From Octopus vulgaris (lineage: Eukaryota): a stretch of DNA of 64,000 nucleotides. The notes under the pieces are model-generated. The model was not told where the DNA came from and made no database searches. It saw nothing but the letters and a program-made list of their open reading frames with translations. The DNA is taken from NCBI GenBank assembly GCA_951406725.2, contig OX597822.1, positions 88,536,001 through 88,600,000 on the forward strand. Direction: 5' to 3'. Numbering within the stretch: the first letter of the stretch is position 1; every line of letters begins with the position of its first letter. Positions 11,712-26,233 of this stretch are shown one piece after another. Both the position numbers and the translations under genes were made by a program.

Positions 11712-11935
11712 AGGGGATAGCTGACAGAATTGTTAGCACGTCGAACAAAATATTTAGGCGGTATTTCTTTAGGCTCTTTATGTTATGAGTTCAAATACCG
11801 CCGAGGTCAATTTTGCCTTTCATTTTCTTTCGTCGTCGATAAAATAAAATATATCAGTTTAGTACTGGCGTCGATGTAAATGACTGGCCTGCTCCCCTAA
11901 AATGACTTGCCTTCCGCCAAAATATGAAACAATTA
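11712..11935 (+). mobile_element. Decayed SINE family 1 monomer
   Basis: agctgacagaattgttagcac...gagttcaaataccgccgaggtc...aaatatgaaac. Confidence 0.78.
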
Positions 11936-13154
11936 TTCAAGATGTTACAGTAAGGTTTGAAGAGAGAAATTTGTCTTGCTAGGTTGGCAAGTTGAGAGAC
12001 TATGTCATGGTTCCCTTGATGACTACAAGTACTAAGGTTAAGAAAATAAAGAAAACCGTGATTGGCAAATAGTTGGTGACCTGAGAAACTGAGATTTTTA
12101 TGGCTGTAATTTTTAACTGAAGTAGAAGGGCGAATATAGTAGCACTAGGTCAACGTTTTTATTTGATTGATTTTTTTTTTATATGTTACGAAGGGGTCAT
12201 AATTAAAACAGAAATCTCTGTTAACCACTACTGAAGAGTTACGTTTTCTAGCTTGACCAAATCTATTTGCCGATATTGGAAATATTTTTGTCCACTGATC
12301 GTTTCAATGAAATCGTTCAGTCTATTTTGTCACATGATACTTCTTAGTTCAGTTTTAATTCTTCCAGTTTTGAAAATAAGCGTTCTTGGCTACAGTTGGT
12401 AATCAAGAGTAACAAAAAGAGGAGCAAAGCATTTCCTACATTTATAAAATAAAACTTTGAAAAATTGTCAATAATCAAATGAGAAAACTGTAAATGTTCA
12501 AGGTCTTTTCTGGCGCCAGCATGAATAGCAAGATCATTTTAAAGTTATCTGCACAAATTTTTCACCAAATTGTTCTTCCAGAAACTTGTGGATATGATTC
12601 AACTAGAGTTGATGACCTCTTTACAATTTCTGCCGGTCTAAATGGTTGTTACTACTGTTGAAGGAATCTAAATATACCATTTATCCTTTGATATGCTTGC
12701 TGGCATTTCGCCGAGAGAGAAAAGAAGCTGTCAATAATGAGAATAACAGCTCAGTTTTTAAACTTCTAAGAAAGTGTTGAAGATTCAATAAATGGATTAC
12801 GATACTGCAACCAGTGGAATTATCCCATTTGCGATTTTGCTTCGCGTTAATGGTTGATAATTTTCCGACTCAGTTAAACTCTTGTCATTTTGTTCAATGT
12901 CAAAAAACTTAAATATATGCATGCAATGATTCACACTAGATACAAGCGGTATTTAAGTCCTTAGTAGAAAATTACGAGGGAACTGTAGTTATTTGATCCT
13001 CCTAAATACACATTATTTCTGTTTCCGGTTTTATCAAGGCTGAATGGAAAATTACGTGAATTTATATTTTATCGTGTTTCCTTTGGAATAGTTTCTAGTT
13101 ATTGATCTTCACATTGGACAACTCTAATAGCCTGGCGCACCCAGCTTCTGTTCG

Positions 13155-13302
<148 letters not shown>

Positions 13303-13476
13303 TGCGTATGTATTAATGCAGCAAAACTTAATATATTAATCTTTGCTTATCCCTACATTTATTTCTAAACCTGCTCAAGTTTAATTCTCTTCAGCACTTG
13401 TAAGTGTATTCTATACGGAGAATATCTGATTCTCATCTATGAACTATATACATTTATACTCGTGTGAATCTATACA

Positions 13477-13835
13477 AAATGGGACAAGAATGTAAAATAT
13501 CTGGGCAGTTAGGTGATACAAAAACGGGACGACAAAACATCCAGATAGACGATACAAAGAAAACAAGGACGGGTCATTCGAAGTTTTCTTTCCTTAGTCA
13601 AGTACCAGATTATCTTCGAAATTTTGGCTGAATGCTCTTCGCTTAGTTTTTCCTTGGGGCTGACCAGCTTGGAGCAATCTCAAGTATAATCAGCCGACAT
13701 TGCGAAGATAATCTGGTACTTGACTGAGGAACGAAAACCTTTAATGACCCGTCCTTGTTTCCTTTGTATCGTCTATCTGGATGTTTTATTGTCCCATTTT
13801 TGTATCACCTAACTGTTTTGCGTTCTTGTCCCATT
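13477..13835. mobile_element. Long inverted repeat (foldback), probably an inverted Penelope pLTR pair
   Basis: Arms ~13477-13632 and ~13690-13835 are reverse complements, for example catccagatagacgatacaaag / ctttgtatcgtctatctggatg. They contain a CTGAGGA...GAA motif. Confidence 0.75.
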
Positions 13836-13850
13836 TCTTGTCCGATGTGA

Positions 13851-13852
<2 letters not shown>

Positions 13853-13919
<67 letters not shown>

Positions 13920-14028
13920 TATAAAATATATATAAATATATATAAATATATATATAAATATATATAAATATATATATATAAATATATATAAATATATATA
14001 TAAATATATATATAATATATATAAATAT

Positions 14029-14100
<72 letters not shown>
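13853..14100. repeat. (AT)n-rich microsatellite
   Basis: Direct repeats. Confidence 0.97.
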
Positions 14101-14104
<4 letters not shown>

Positions 14105-14105
<1 letters not shown>

Positions 14106-14305
14106 AGGTTAATCCAAACGGGAAAACAGAAAAACAACAACACGTGGAACAATTACAGTATTATTATTATTAGGCGCTCAGAAAATGGAAGAAGGAGGGT
14201 ATGACGTTTCGAGCGGAGCTCTTCGTCGGAAACATAGGAGAAAAAAGATCCCGAGACGGAGGACAGAGGAAAAAAATTGCAGGTAGTCTTCACGAGGTCA
14301 CATAC
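14105..14305 (-). mobile_element. Penelope-type pLTR remnant with hammerhead-like core
   Basis: Minus strand reads CCGACGA a gagc tcc gctc GAAAC GTC; architecture shared with 28190-28345. Confidence 0.55.
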
Positions 14306-14436
14306 TAAAACGGAAGTGGTAAAAAAGGAGGAAAATGTTTTTTAAAAACAGGATATATATATACACACACACATTATATGTATATACATGTGTGTGTGCG
14401 CGTGCACATACACAATCATGATTTCATGCAGGAGGT

Positions 14437-15010
14437 ATTCTTTTCTACTCTAGGCACAAGGCCCGAATTTTTGGGGGAAGGGGGTTCAGTTGATTAGATC
14501 GACCCCAGTACGCAACAGGCACTTAATTTATCGTCCCCGAAAGGATGAAAGGCAAAGTTGACCTCGATGGAATTTGAACTCAGTACATAACGACAGATGA
14601 AATACCTATTTCTTTACTACCCACAAGGGGCTAAACACAGAAGGGACAAACAAGGACAGACAAACGGATTAAGTCGATTACATCGACCCCCATCGACTTC
14701 TTTAATCGACCCCGAAAGGATGAAAGGCAAAGTGACCTCGGTGGAATTTGAACTCAGAACGTAGCGGCAGACGAATACCTATTTCTTTACTACTCACAAG
14801 GGGCTAAACACAGAGAGGACGAACAAGGACAGACAAACGGATTAAGGCGACTATATCGACCCCAGTGCGTAAATGGTACTTATTTAATCGACCCCGAAAG
14901 GACAGAAGGCAAAGTCGACCTCGGCGGAATTTGAACTCAGAATGTAGCGACAGACGAATACCGCTAAGCATTTCGCCGGCGTGCTAACGTTTCTGCCAGC
15001 TCGCCGCCTT
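14437..15010 (-). mobile_element. SINE family 1 trimer (A, A, B)
   Basis: Three bodies; TSD-like tttcatgcagga (14422) / tttcatgcaaga (15010). Confidence 0.92.
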
Positions 15011-15089
15011 TTCATGCAAGAAAAATTGGCTTGTTCGTGTACTCTGATTCCACCCACGCACGTCTTTTTTGCCACTGAATCTGCATAAT

Positions 15090-15310
15090 TTGCCCTTCGC
15101 GCTAGCAGAACCGTTAATATGTCGGACAAAATGCTTAGCAACTTTTCTTTCGGTTTTATACGTTCTGTGTAGAAATCCAGTCTAGCTAAACTTTGCCTTT
15201 CATCCATTTGAGGTCGATGAAACAAAGTACCAGTCAAATGCTGGGGTCAATAAAATTGACTAGCCTCTCCCTCTGAAACTACTGTCCTTGCGCCAAAATT
15301 TGAAAAATTA
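15090..15310 (+). mobile_element. Decayed SINE family 1 monomer
   Basis: gctagcagaaccgtt...ctttgcctttcatcc...ccttgcgccaaaatttgaaa. Confidence 0.75.
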
Positions 15311-15319
15311 TTTCCAGCT

Positions 15320-16150
15320 TACAAAGCTGTACGGTGGACACAGCGGGGGCCTCAGAAAAGTTTGTGTGTTTTTCTCACACCATGACCTTCTTAGAATCAT
15401 TTTCTCAGGCTACCAGAAATTGTACCTATACATTCTGTCTGATCTCCTAACCAATAACTGCGTTCTGAGATAGGTAACTACCCAGATATTGGACGTACTC
15501 GCAATTCTCAACAAACTGCCCGTGTGCGCAAATGATTATTATGGCAGAGTTGAAAACACCTGGTGAGATCAAAGGATAAGCATTTCTACAGTTTGTCAGG
15601 AGCCCTTAGCTTTCACAGTAAGGAAACACCAGGGTTGATTTGCTCAAAACAACGCCCAAATCCAAGATACTGGTCAACAAAAAGGAGGCGGCTTTTCAGA
15701 TCTTCCAAAATACCAAGAAAAATAAGTGCAAAAGGAAAGCTTGCCAGCAAAATGAAAAAGAGAAGGGCTGCGGTCCAGAATAAACAATTACAATGAATTA
15801 CAATAGGTGACCAGCCAAAGCACTTGAAATCCAGAGGGTGGGTGCATGACATACAAGTTTCTTCATGAAAGCTACTACAATCTATGGTCCGAGTAAATCC
15901 AGCCCTATTCCGATCTAATGATGGTGCAAAGCATATAAAAGAACCGGCAATAACAGATTGAAAGACCATTTTGAAAACTTGCTGAATCATGACTGTCGAA
16001 GCAACTAAAGGTTTCTGGACAACATTGCATAAAAGTCAACGGTAAACAATTTGGTGGCAGCATCGCCAGCCATTGCAGAAACTAAAATGGCAATTTGTTT
16101 CTTAAAAAGACCATAAGTTACTCAGATCTGATTGATACTTTGCTTCAATT
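15320..16150 (+). pseudogene. Degraded RTE-clade LINE ORF fragment (EN-RT linker)
   Basis: Frameshifted motifs RKHQG*F, TIYGP and RSNDG...WKDHFENLLN are typical of the RTE/BovB linker. Confidence 0.65.
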
Positions 16151-16519
16151 CACCAAACACAGACGCACGCGTGCATGTGTTATATGGATTATATATAACA
16201 CATCAGTATAACACACATAGACACGTGTGTGTATGTGCATATGTGATACGTGTTACATAACACATCAATATAACACACACACAAACACATATTTGTATTG
16301 TGTGAAAGATAGAGAGACAGAGAGAAAGAGATGTTATATAACATAGCAACATAGCATACACACACAATGACACATACATATTTATATATGTATGTTATAT
16401 AACATATACATATATATATATATATATATATAAAACACATGCACACAGATAGACAATGTGTATTTGTTATATAACAAATAACTTACACGCACATATACCT
16501 ATATATATATATATATATA

Positions 16520-16751
16520 TTTCTTTACTACCCACAAGGGGCTAAACACGGAGGGGACAAACAAGGACAGACAAAGGGATTAAGTCGATTACATCGACCC
16601 CAGTGCGTAACTGGTACTTAATTTATCGACCCCGAAAGGATGCAAGGCAAAGTCGACCTCGGCGGAATTTGAACACAGAACGTAACGACAGACGAAATAC
16701 GGCTACGCATTTCGCCCGGCGTGCTAACGCTTCTGCCAGCTCGCCGCCTTC
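16520..16751 (-). mobile_element. SINE family 1 tail-A monomer
   Basis: Full head, body and tail A; atatacct on both flanks (AGGTATAT on the element strand). Confidence 0.93.
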
Positions 16752-16772
16752 GGTATATACCTACATATATAA

Positions 16773-16823
<51 letters not shown>

Positions 16824-19304
16824 CATATATACGTGTGTTGTGCAATGTTATATAATACATGTCACTGTAACACCTACATACACCTTTTGTGTGTGTGTGT
16901 GTGTGTGTGTGAGGGGGGAGGGGAGGGAGAGAGGGGGAGAGGGAAAGAGCTGGAGGGGAAAGAGGGGGGGGAGAGTATTTCTTCACATAAACAGGCTCGA
17001 TTTAAAAAAGCAGACGGCTGTCAACATCATGATCGTCGTCGTCATCATCATCGTCATCGTCATCATCTTGTGAGATACTCATACAGATAGTTTATACTCG
17101 TCATTATGCTTTAATGTCGAGCTATATCTTCCAAATATATCTCATACAATTGGTGTTTAGCTCCAGGTCAGTCCCGATCGAGCAGATCAAAGTCATTCTA
17201 GTCATGACCATCCCGTATTATTTTCATAGGATCTATTCAGTTTCCTTTTTATATCAGAATCTTCTGTGTCCAATGTGTTATTCCATTTTAGGACGGTAAG
17301 CGTGTGATTTGAGGAAAATTTTGACTGCTATTTCAGCAGGTCAGCACTTTACAGTCGCATACACTTCTGAGTAAAAAAGTTGATATTCACATTTATATAC
17401 GTGTCTTGTACCGTTGACCTTTAGAGTTTAACCCGAGGTCATCTTGATCGAGTAGGATTGTGTTCAAAATAATTCCGGTTGTGTCTTCCGTCTTAGCTAC
17501 AGAAAACTTGGTGTTATATTTTCAAACATGTCCTAAAATGTGAGTGGATAAAGATTCGGTTACTATTTTTTAGCATATCGAACGACCACGTGCAGGTTCC
17601 TTCTTTGAAGCTAATGTGGACTGTCATGTTCAGAATGTCTGGAACTTGATATTACAAGTTAATTAAAGTCATATGGACTTATTAATAATGTGGACCAAAT
17701 TGAACACCGACCACCGTTAGGTGATTGGGTGACCTTAGCGGAGTCGACTTTGTATTGCAAACAGGCAGCTAATTGGACTGACTGGACCAGTGAAAATTAT
17801 GAGTAAGTAGTAAAACTGCAGTGCCAGTCAGTAACAGATACGAATCTCGGTTTCTAATATTACAACTTATCGCCTCAGTCACTGACGATTTAAATAAAAA
17901 TGAATTTGATATTTCTGTGGAAATTTACCGCCAGAAATCTCGGGATTGAGCAAGGTTTGCGAAGGTCATGGAATGAAACTATGCTTCATCCATGACCTTT
18001 TTTCAGGGCCTCCGCAACCTGTGGCAGTAAAGAGGCAAGTTATTCTCACACCAGAAAATAAGGCCAAATTATTAGAACAGGGTGTACTCCTCAAAAGTTC
18101 AGATGGCGTTAAACCGGGCGACCAATTAAGTCTACTCCCTCACCTACCCTCCCATCCCAAAAAGACAAGAAAGGCTCTGCTGACGGTCTTTTACAGTTTC
18201 CGTCTACCAAATTCTCCTGACGTATAAATATACCAACTAACTTGGGGTTGATTGATTCTGCTACTCCAAAATATTCTGAATGAAACAGTCCACAATACCT
18301 TCAAAGAAGGAGCTTTCACGCAGTAACTCGACTTGCTAAAAATACCAACCAAATGTCCATTAAATCATACCCTACTGCCTAAGAAAAGAACATATTTGAT
18401 AATATATTACTGATTTTCTATAGAAAAGACGGATGGCCGCGACTGGAATAGTTGTGGTATTTATACATTGCACTTGGTCACGAGCCTACAGACTCACTTG
18501 GCCGGAGTTTACTCCGGTCTGAGAAGTGTATAAGCTACTTAAGAGCACAAAAGTCCCCTCACCTCACTGAATAGAACTTATCTGTTACAAGGTTAACTCC
18601 CAACTGATGGGATTCATTTTCAGCAACGTGTAATGAAGAGCTTTGCTCAAAGGCACAACGTGCCGCCTGGTCCAGAAGTCTCACGATCGTGGATCCAGTA
18701 CCTTAATCAGTAAGCTATTCACCTCCATAACAATCGGTAAGTGAAAATGAGACTCTGATTTGGTGAACTGGAAATTTCTTTACATTTTCCTGTGTAGATC
18801 TCCTAATTGGTCGATAGAGTCCAATGCATGGGAATATTTATTTTGCCAAAACAAAAGGTCTTTTCTCAAAATACAAAAGTAACACTAATATATCAGAAGC
18901 TGGGCTAGAAGCGGGAGGTCGGCGCCTGTGACTCTTTCCTAAAACTGATGGAAGGAATGGAGAATGTTACCATAAGACTGGAGCCTTGCGCCAAAGTCTT
19001 AGAACAGAAATCACTCCGCGAAAGTCATCCAAGATTTAAGTAATAGTATTAAATTGGGTGACGGATTGATTTTGCTACCTTAAAACAAGAACATTCCATC
19101 TGAGGAACTTCCACAAATTCTGCCAAATTTTACTGATAAGGCACTGGTTAACCCGAGGTTCAAGGTACCTTGAAATAGGATCGAAATTGAATCCATGTAG
19201 CCACACAGCCACGTCTATAAAGCATTCAGTACAACGTTCCACTGCATTTGCAATCTCTGCAACCACCTTCTAAATACTCGAAATTTATTTATTTATTTAT
19301 TTTG

Positions 19305-19680
19305 CACATAGGTTGTGTGGTTAAGAAGTTCACTTTGCTACCTCGTTGTTTCGGATTCAGTCTCACTGCACGGCACCTTGGGTAAGCGTTTTCTGCTATA
19401 GCCTTCGCCGACAAATGCCTTGTGAGTGCATTTATCAGACAGAAACAGTCCAGAAACACATTGTATATATGTATATGTCTTTGTGTTTGTTACGACCCCC
19501 TTCATAACTGGTGTTGGTTGGCTTACATCCTGTAACTTAATGGTTCAGTAAAAGATACCAACAGAATAAATCGCAGACTTTAAAACATGTACTCGGACCG
19601 ATTTGTTCGACTAAACCCCTTAAGGCGTGCCCTAGCAGGCTGCAATCCAGTGACTGAAACAAGTAAAAGGCGAAAGATAC
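19305..19680 (+). mobile_element. SINE family 2, decayed
   Basis: gttgtgtggttaagaagttc...ggcaccttggg...tgactgaaacaagtaaaag. Confidence 0.82.
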
Positions 19681-21074
19681 TCAAATTATGACAGAATCAA
19701 CTCCAGAATATCAATGACCATCGCCAACTCGGTTTTACTTTTTGGTTGTGACTATTTCACTTTATTTTCGTAGTCAACGTCCTAGAGAAACGCATAAACG
19801 CCACGAGTTTCCTTTCTTATTCTTTTAAAATCATTCGGCATCTTTTTTAAAAAATCTACATATTTGTCAGGGAATAGGGAAACGGGTTCTTTGCTGATAG
19901 GACCTCTGAATTTAGTGCCAATGATGTGAGTGGAGACCGGTTTAAAAGTCGAGAATGACGACATTATGAAGAAACCAGGAAGTGAAGCAGATACGTTCGA
20001 AGATAGTACAATTGTCTTGTAATATTTAATCTCGATTTTGTGTTTGACTTCGAATTTCACTGGGGATGGAGGGTTCGATAAGATAATTTACTGACGGGTA
20101 AAGTTAATCAACTACTCCACCCAACTTCTCTTTCAATAACTGTATGGTCATGTGCCAAATTGGTGGAATGTTAGTTTTATAATGAACTGGCATATAATCA
20201 ACAGAATCGATAAAACCAATATATTACTAATATTGGTTTTATCGTTTCTGCCCAAAGTAAGGAAATGGGACGGACATTCGGAATAGCTGTCACTACCACA
20301 CGAGAAAAGTAAATGCGCAGAACTGGGGAGCAAATGCATAACAATTTTAATTTTTTGAGAAGATTCATTGAGAATCGTAATCGCCGTTGCATGAAATACA
20401 GGAATACTAAAAAAGCAAAATGAAGGAAAATATGTAATTCCTTGCTCTTTTCTTTACCCACGAGGTAGTGATAGCTATTCCGAGAGTCCCCGTAAGGGGA
20501 ACGCAAATTTGATCTGGATGATACCAGAAACACATATAAAGCATAAATCTGTCTCCTTCCGTAGGGTTTAAACCAACTCCTCAAAAATACAGTTGTGAAA
20601 TTTTGGAGGAAGATAAATAACTCAATATGAAAACTGAAAAAACCAAAAAAAGTTTTTTTAACGTGTAGTTTTATGACCATGCTGGAATCGAAACCATCAA
20701 ATATAAATACAAACACATACATTCTTTGTATATCTGCGCGAGTGTACTGCCAGACATGCTCGGTGTGTGTGTGTGTGTGTGTGTGTGTGGTTTGTAAATT
20801 AAAATAGCGAATGAATCCGAAATATTTTCATTCAGATTTCCAAGAGAAAGATGGAAAGGAAAGAAAAACATCTGCAAGAGATAAAGGAAACTGGCAACGA
20901 AGGAACCCCCAAAGGGTGAGAGAAAGAGATATTGACTGAGATGCCAGCAGACAGAAACTACAGTTGTAATGAGAGTGTATAAAATAAAAAGCTGTAAGAA
21001 ACGGGAGGATGCAACATATAACAAAAAGGAAGCAAGGGGTCGCTAAAATACACACTTGTAGATAGTATACAAAC

Positions 21075-21741
21075 CTGTCCTTTTCTGCAGCATTCCGTCA
21101 ACGGGTGGTGGCGGGTGCAGTGGTCGCGCCCACGTGACTACAGGTCCACATTTAGGGATATCCAATATAACTAACAGTAAGGCCCAGAACAAGAAATCTG
21201 TTAACGGCCGAAGTCCATCCCTTCTAGCAATAGCCGCCGACTTTGCGAAGAAGAAGCCATAACGAAAATACGTTGTAGTTGCAGTTACGGGACTGTAAGT
21301 CTGAGAATCAGTGTAAGACAGCAAGCCGGCTTTCTGGTCGCCAGTGCCATCTCCCTCAAGATTATCATCGTCTTTGTCAGGTTTTCTTGGAGAAACCCTA
21401 TCCGGGAAAAGTGTGACGTTTATAGAGACACCTCTGCCGCCTGTTGTGGTTGTCGTAGCTGTTATTGGCACGACACAGTGGGTAGAGCTAGTGGGTGCTA
21501 TAGATGTTAGGATGGCAGTGGTAGCAGTAGAAGGAATGGTCATGCTTACTCTTGCTGCTACCGTCGTTGATGCTGCTGCTGCTGCTGCTGTTGCTGCTGC
21601 TACTACTACTACTACAGATAGAGATAATGCTGTTGTTGTTGTTGTTGTTGTTATTGTTGTTGTTGTAGTCGTTCCCGTTGCTAGTAGACTTGAGCACTTC
21701 CACTGTGGCAAGCGATTCCTTGTCGTCTCTCGCTCAGACAT
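21075..21741 (-). CDS. Candidate first coding exon of a host gene (Thr/Ala-rich N-terminus followed by a signal-peptide-like or TM segment)
   Basis: Open for 222 codons from ATG, higher GC than its surroundings, non-TE. Hydrophobic FLFWALLLVIL...VTWA-RP, then donor CAG|GTTTGT at 21075/21074 (phase 1). Product not recognised. Confidence 0.55.
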
Positions 21742-22035
21742 ACGATCTCTTTAGGAGGTCGAGTTTTTTGCCTTTCTTATAATTTCCCTTTCCAGCCATC
21801 CAACCATCTCTCTATCTCTCTGTCTCTAACACTATTCAAACCGACTGCCTTTCTATTCTTACTTTCTGTCTGACTCTCTCACTATTTCTGTCCCTCTTTC
21901 AGTCTCCCCAGAGTCTCCTCACTCTGCCCTTCCCCCAATGTCTGCTACAATACACTGCCAAGAAATAACTTTTAGAATTGTTTTAGGGTTTTCAACTTTT
22001 CAGTGTAGAACTTGTTGCTGTAGCCAACTGTTCTA

Positions 22036-22210
<175 letters not shown>

Positions 22211-22509
22211 TTATTTAATACTACAACAATAATCATTATAATTATATTTATAATTGTGTCTAATAAAAGGTACAAGAGACCTGAAATTTTAGTGGCGGTC
22301 GGTAGGTGGGAGTGTCATCGATTAAATATCGACTCAGTTCTCAACTATTATTGTTCTTTTTCATATTTTATTTTATTTCATTTTATCTAGTTTCAGCTCA
22401 CGAGCGGTGGCCATGCTGGGGCACCGCCATTTATTGTCATTTTTTAAAAATAAATTATATTAAATATTAGAAATCATAATTATTATCGTTAACGTTCGTG
22501 ATACTTGTA

Positions 22510-22683
22510 TTATTGATGATGATGATAATGATGGTGATGGTGATGGTGGTGGTGGTGGTGGTGGTGGTAGTGGTGGTGATGACGACGGCGACGGAGGTGA
22601 TGATGATGATGATGATGATGATGATGACGACGGTGATGACAATGACGATGGTGATGATGATAAAGGTGGTGGTGGTGGTGGTG
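22510..22683. repeat. (GAT)n/(GGT)n trinucleotide tract
   Basis: Direct repeats. Confidence 0.95.
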
Positions 22684-23014
22684 TTTGGTTTGTTATGATT
22701 GTGTGTATATAATATATAGATATATATATCGTGTTTCTTCGAGTTGCCTTGTCCTGCTTCTATGTTCTCTTTTCTACTCAACACCAACCCCCTCTCTCTC
22801 TCTCTTTCTCTTTTTCTCCCCCCACCCTCGCTGTGTTTCTCTCTCTCTCTCTCTCTCTTTTTCTCTCTCTCTTTCTACCTCTTCCATCCTATCCCCTATT
22901 CTCAGACAGACTGCTAACCAGCAAGTATCTCCCCCCCACCCCTATACACACGTACACACATTTCTGCCTCAGAAAAGGAAAAAAAAAGTAACAAAAAGTA
23001 AAAGAGACCATCTC

Positions 23015-23019
23015 ACCTA

Positions 23020-23082
<63 letters not shown>

Positions 23083-23652
23083 TCACACATAAGCATACGC
23101 ACGCGCACACACACACATTCACACAGTCACACATGCATGTCTCCATTCACGCAAGCATACTCGTCCACCTCTTAACTCCAGTGCACTCATTCACACATAT
23201 GAACTCGTGTATACACACACACACAAGCTCATATACACATATACACTCACACATTCAAAAAGAAGTTGAGCAGACATACAATGAAACACACAAAACATAC
23301 ATACATACAATACATACATACATACATACATACATACATACATACATACATACATACATACATACATACACACACACACACGAGTACACGAGTGCATATG
23401 TAAAGAACACACAAGAAGCAAACGCATAGAAGAAAAAGAGCACTTTATATATAGTAAGGAAGAGGGGGAAATAACGCGGGAGGCCATCTCACAAACGGAA
23501 ACATATAGGACGGACACACATACACACATACACATACGTACGCACAAACTTAAATAGGGCAGCCATTCACACACACTCACACACACTAATAGGGGTAGGC
23601 ATTCCCGCGCTCACATACACAAACGAGTGTGCGTGTGTATATATATATATAT

Positions 23653-23725
<73 letters not shown>

Positions 23726-23732
23726 CACAGAC

Positions 23733-23787
<55 letters not shown>

Positions 23788-23792
23788 CAGAC

Positions 23793-23857
<65 letters not shown>

Positions 23858-23882
23858 TAGATAGACAGACAGATAGACAGAT

Positions 23883-23948
<66 letters not shown>

Positions 23949-24064
23949 GATAGATATGTAAGTATATATATATATACATACATATGTGTATGTATGTATG
24001 TATGCATATATATATTTTATACATGAAGAAACAGATATATATATATATATATACATACATATAT

Positions 24065-24106
<42 letters not shown>

Positions 24107-24191
24107 ATACATACATACATACATACATGCATGCATGCATACATACATACATACATACATACATACATACATACATACATACATACATACA

Positions 24192-24220
<29 letters not shown>
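23015..24220. repeat. Compound microsatellite field (CA)n, (TACA)n, (GATA)n, (AT)n
   Basis: Direct repeats; source of many spurious ORFs. Confidence 0.95.
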
Positions 24221-24222
<2 letters not shown>

Positions 24223-24574
24223 TTGTATGTATCCTACACGATACAAAGGATCATGGATGGAAGCAAATCTAAGCAAGCACAAAAACACATGTGACATAAT
24301 AATATTAATTACGAAAAATGTATCAGTACAAGTGCGCTAACTTTGCGTTTTTCTTTATTGAAAACATTGTGTTGGTCGGTTGGGTTCACAACTCGCACTT
24401 ACAATATTTTCATATTTAGGAAATAAATAGAGCTTTTTTGTTATATTTCGTTTTGATTTTTATCATTATGAAGTTTAAAAGCATTTAAAAGAAACTGGTA
24501 CATAACATCAAGCAAATCCAAAAACATAGACTTTGAGAACGCAAACATTTTGATCGTTATATGGAGTAGATAGT

Positions 24575-25178
24575 AAGGCGGCAAGCTGGCAGAATCGTTA
24601 GCACGCCAGACAAAATCCCTAACAGCATTTCATCAGTTTTCACGTTCTGGGTTCAAATTCCGCCAATGTCGACTTTGCCTTTCATTTCCTCGGTTCGGTA
24701 AAATAAGTACCGGTGAGCTGGCAGAAACGTTAGCACGCCGGGCGAAATGCGTAGCCGTATTTCGTCTGCCGTTACGTTCTGAGTTCAAATTCCGCCGAGG
24801 TCGACTTTGCCTTTCATCCTTTCGGGGTCGATTAAATAAGTACCAGTTACGCACTGGGGTCGATGTAATCGACTTAATCCGTGTATCTGTCCTTGTTTGT
24901 CCCTTCTGTGTTTAGCCCCTTGTGGGTAGGTAGTAAAGAAATAGGTATTTCGTCTGTCTTTACGTTCTGAGTTCATATTCCACCGAGGTCGACTTTGCCT
25001 TTTATCCTTTCGGGGTTGATAAATTAAGTACCAGTTGCGTACTAGGGTCGATCTAATCGACTGGCCCCCACTCCACAAAATTTTGGGCTTTGTGCCTAGA
25101 GTAGAAAAGAATACTGGTGTTGATGTAACCGACTTACACTTCCCTAAAATCACTGGCCCTGTGCCAAAATTTGAAACT
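24575..25178 (+). mobile_element. Host SINE family 1 copy interrupted by an A+B dimer (24712-25110)
   Basis: Host stops at aaataagtacc; a new head ggtgagctggcag follows; junction aaagaaata|ggtatttc at 24944; host resumes atactggtgttgatgtaaccgac. Confidence 0.88.
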
Positions 25179-25844
25179 AATGTGATGCAGATATCTATCA
25201 GCAGAAGTTATCACTACCAAACAGCGAGGTCTTCGACTGAAAGAATTATGTGGCTGAACAGACAGTGATTTACTGAATTGACAGACAGACAGACAGACAG
25301 ACTAACTGACTGACTGATCGTCTGACAGACTGGCTGACTGATTTACACAGTCAGGCAACAGACAGACAGACAGATAGACAGAAAGACAGACACACAGACA
25401 GACACACAGACAGACACACAGACAGACAGACAGTGAGCCACCGACAGACTGACTGTTTTACTGACAGAATGATTTGTCTGACTCTTGGTGTGGATATAGG
25501 TTGTTTTGTAATCGTTACCGTATCTCCACCGGTAAAGTTCTTACCCTCTTGGAGTCAACTTTGCACCCTTCGTGATCGGTATATAAAATACCCATCTTGA
25601 ACTGCCGTCGATTCTCCTCTTACTCTCTCTTTCTATCTGTCGTTTTCTATCCTAGAAGAAATTGATTGTGGTCAGACCTAGTAAGAGACTGGCTCGCTCA
25701 GAAGAAAAAATGCCCGAGACATGCCGTATATCACGTAGGTGCCCTTATGACTTCAGCAAAGAATTGAATACCCAAGGCCAATCACATATGTGAGTGGATG
25801 TGCCGCGCGCGCGCGTGTGTGCGTAAGTATATGTGACAGTAAAT

Positions 25845-26233
25845 CCTTTTCTAATCTAGGCACAAAGCCCGAAATTTTGGAGAGGGGCCAGTCGATTAGA
25901 TCGACCCCAATACACAACGGGTTCTTAATTTATCGACCCCGAAAGGATAAAAGGCAAAGTCGACCTCGGCGGAATTTGAACTCAGAGCGTAGCGGCAGAC
26001 AAAATACCTATTTCTTTACTACCCACAAGGGGCTAAACACAGAGAGGACAAACAAGGACAGACACACGGATTAAGTCGATTATATCGACCCCAGAGCGTA
26101 ACTGGTTCTTATTTAATCGACCCCGAAAGGATGAAAGGCAAAGTCGACCTCGGCAGAATTTGAACTCAGAACGTAGCGGCAGACAAAATACTGCTAAGCA
26201 TTTCACTCGGCGTGCTAACTTTTCTGCCAGCTC
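25845..26233 (-). mobile_element. SINE family 1 dimer (A+B)
   Basis: Junction aatacc|tatttcttt at ~26003-26018. Confidence 0.9.

Noticed and set aside
12200-13000. Possible ancient transposase remnant on the minus strand
   Set aside because: No motif could be identified with confidence.
19075-19270. Possible second exon (Cys-rich GGCRDCKC in phase 1)
   Set aside because: It hits a stop after 14 codons and overlaps a decayed SINE head (gtggctgtgtgg...ggtaccttg).
19782-20090. 92-aa minus-strand ORF as the next exon
   Set aside because: The nearest acceptor gives the wrong phase and no motif is recognisable.
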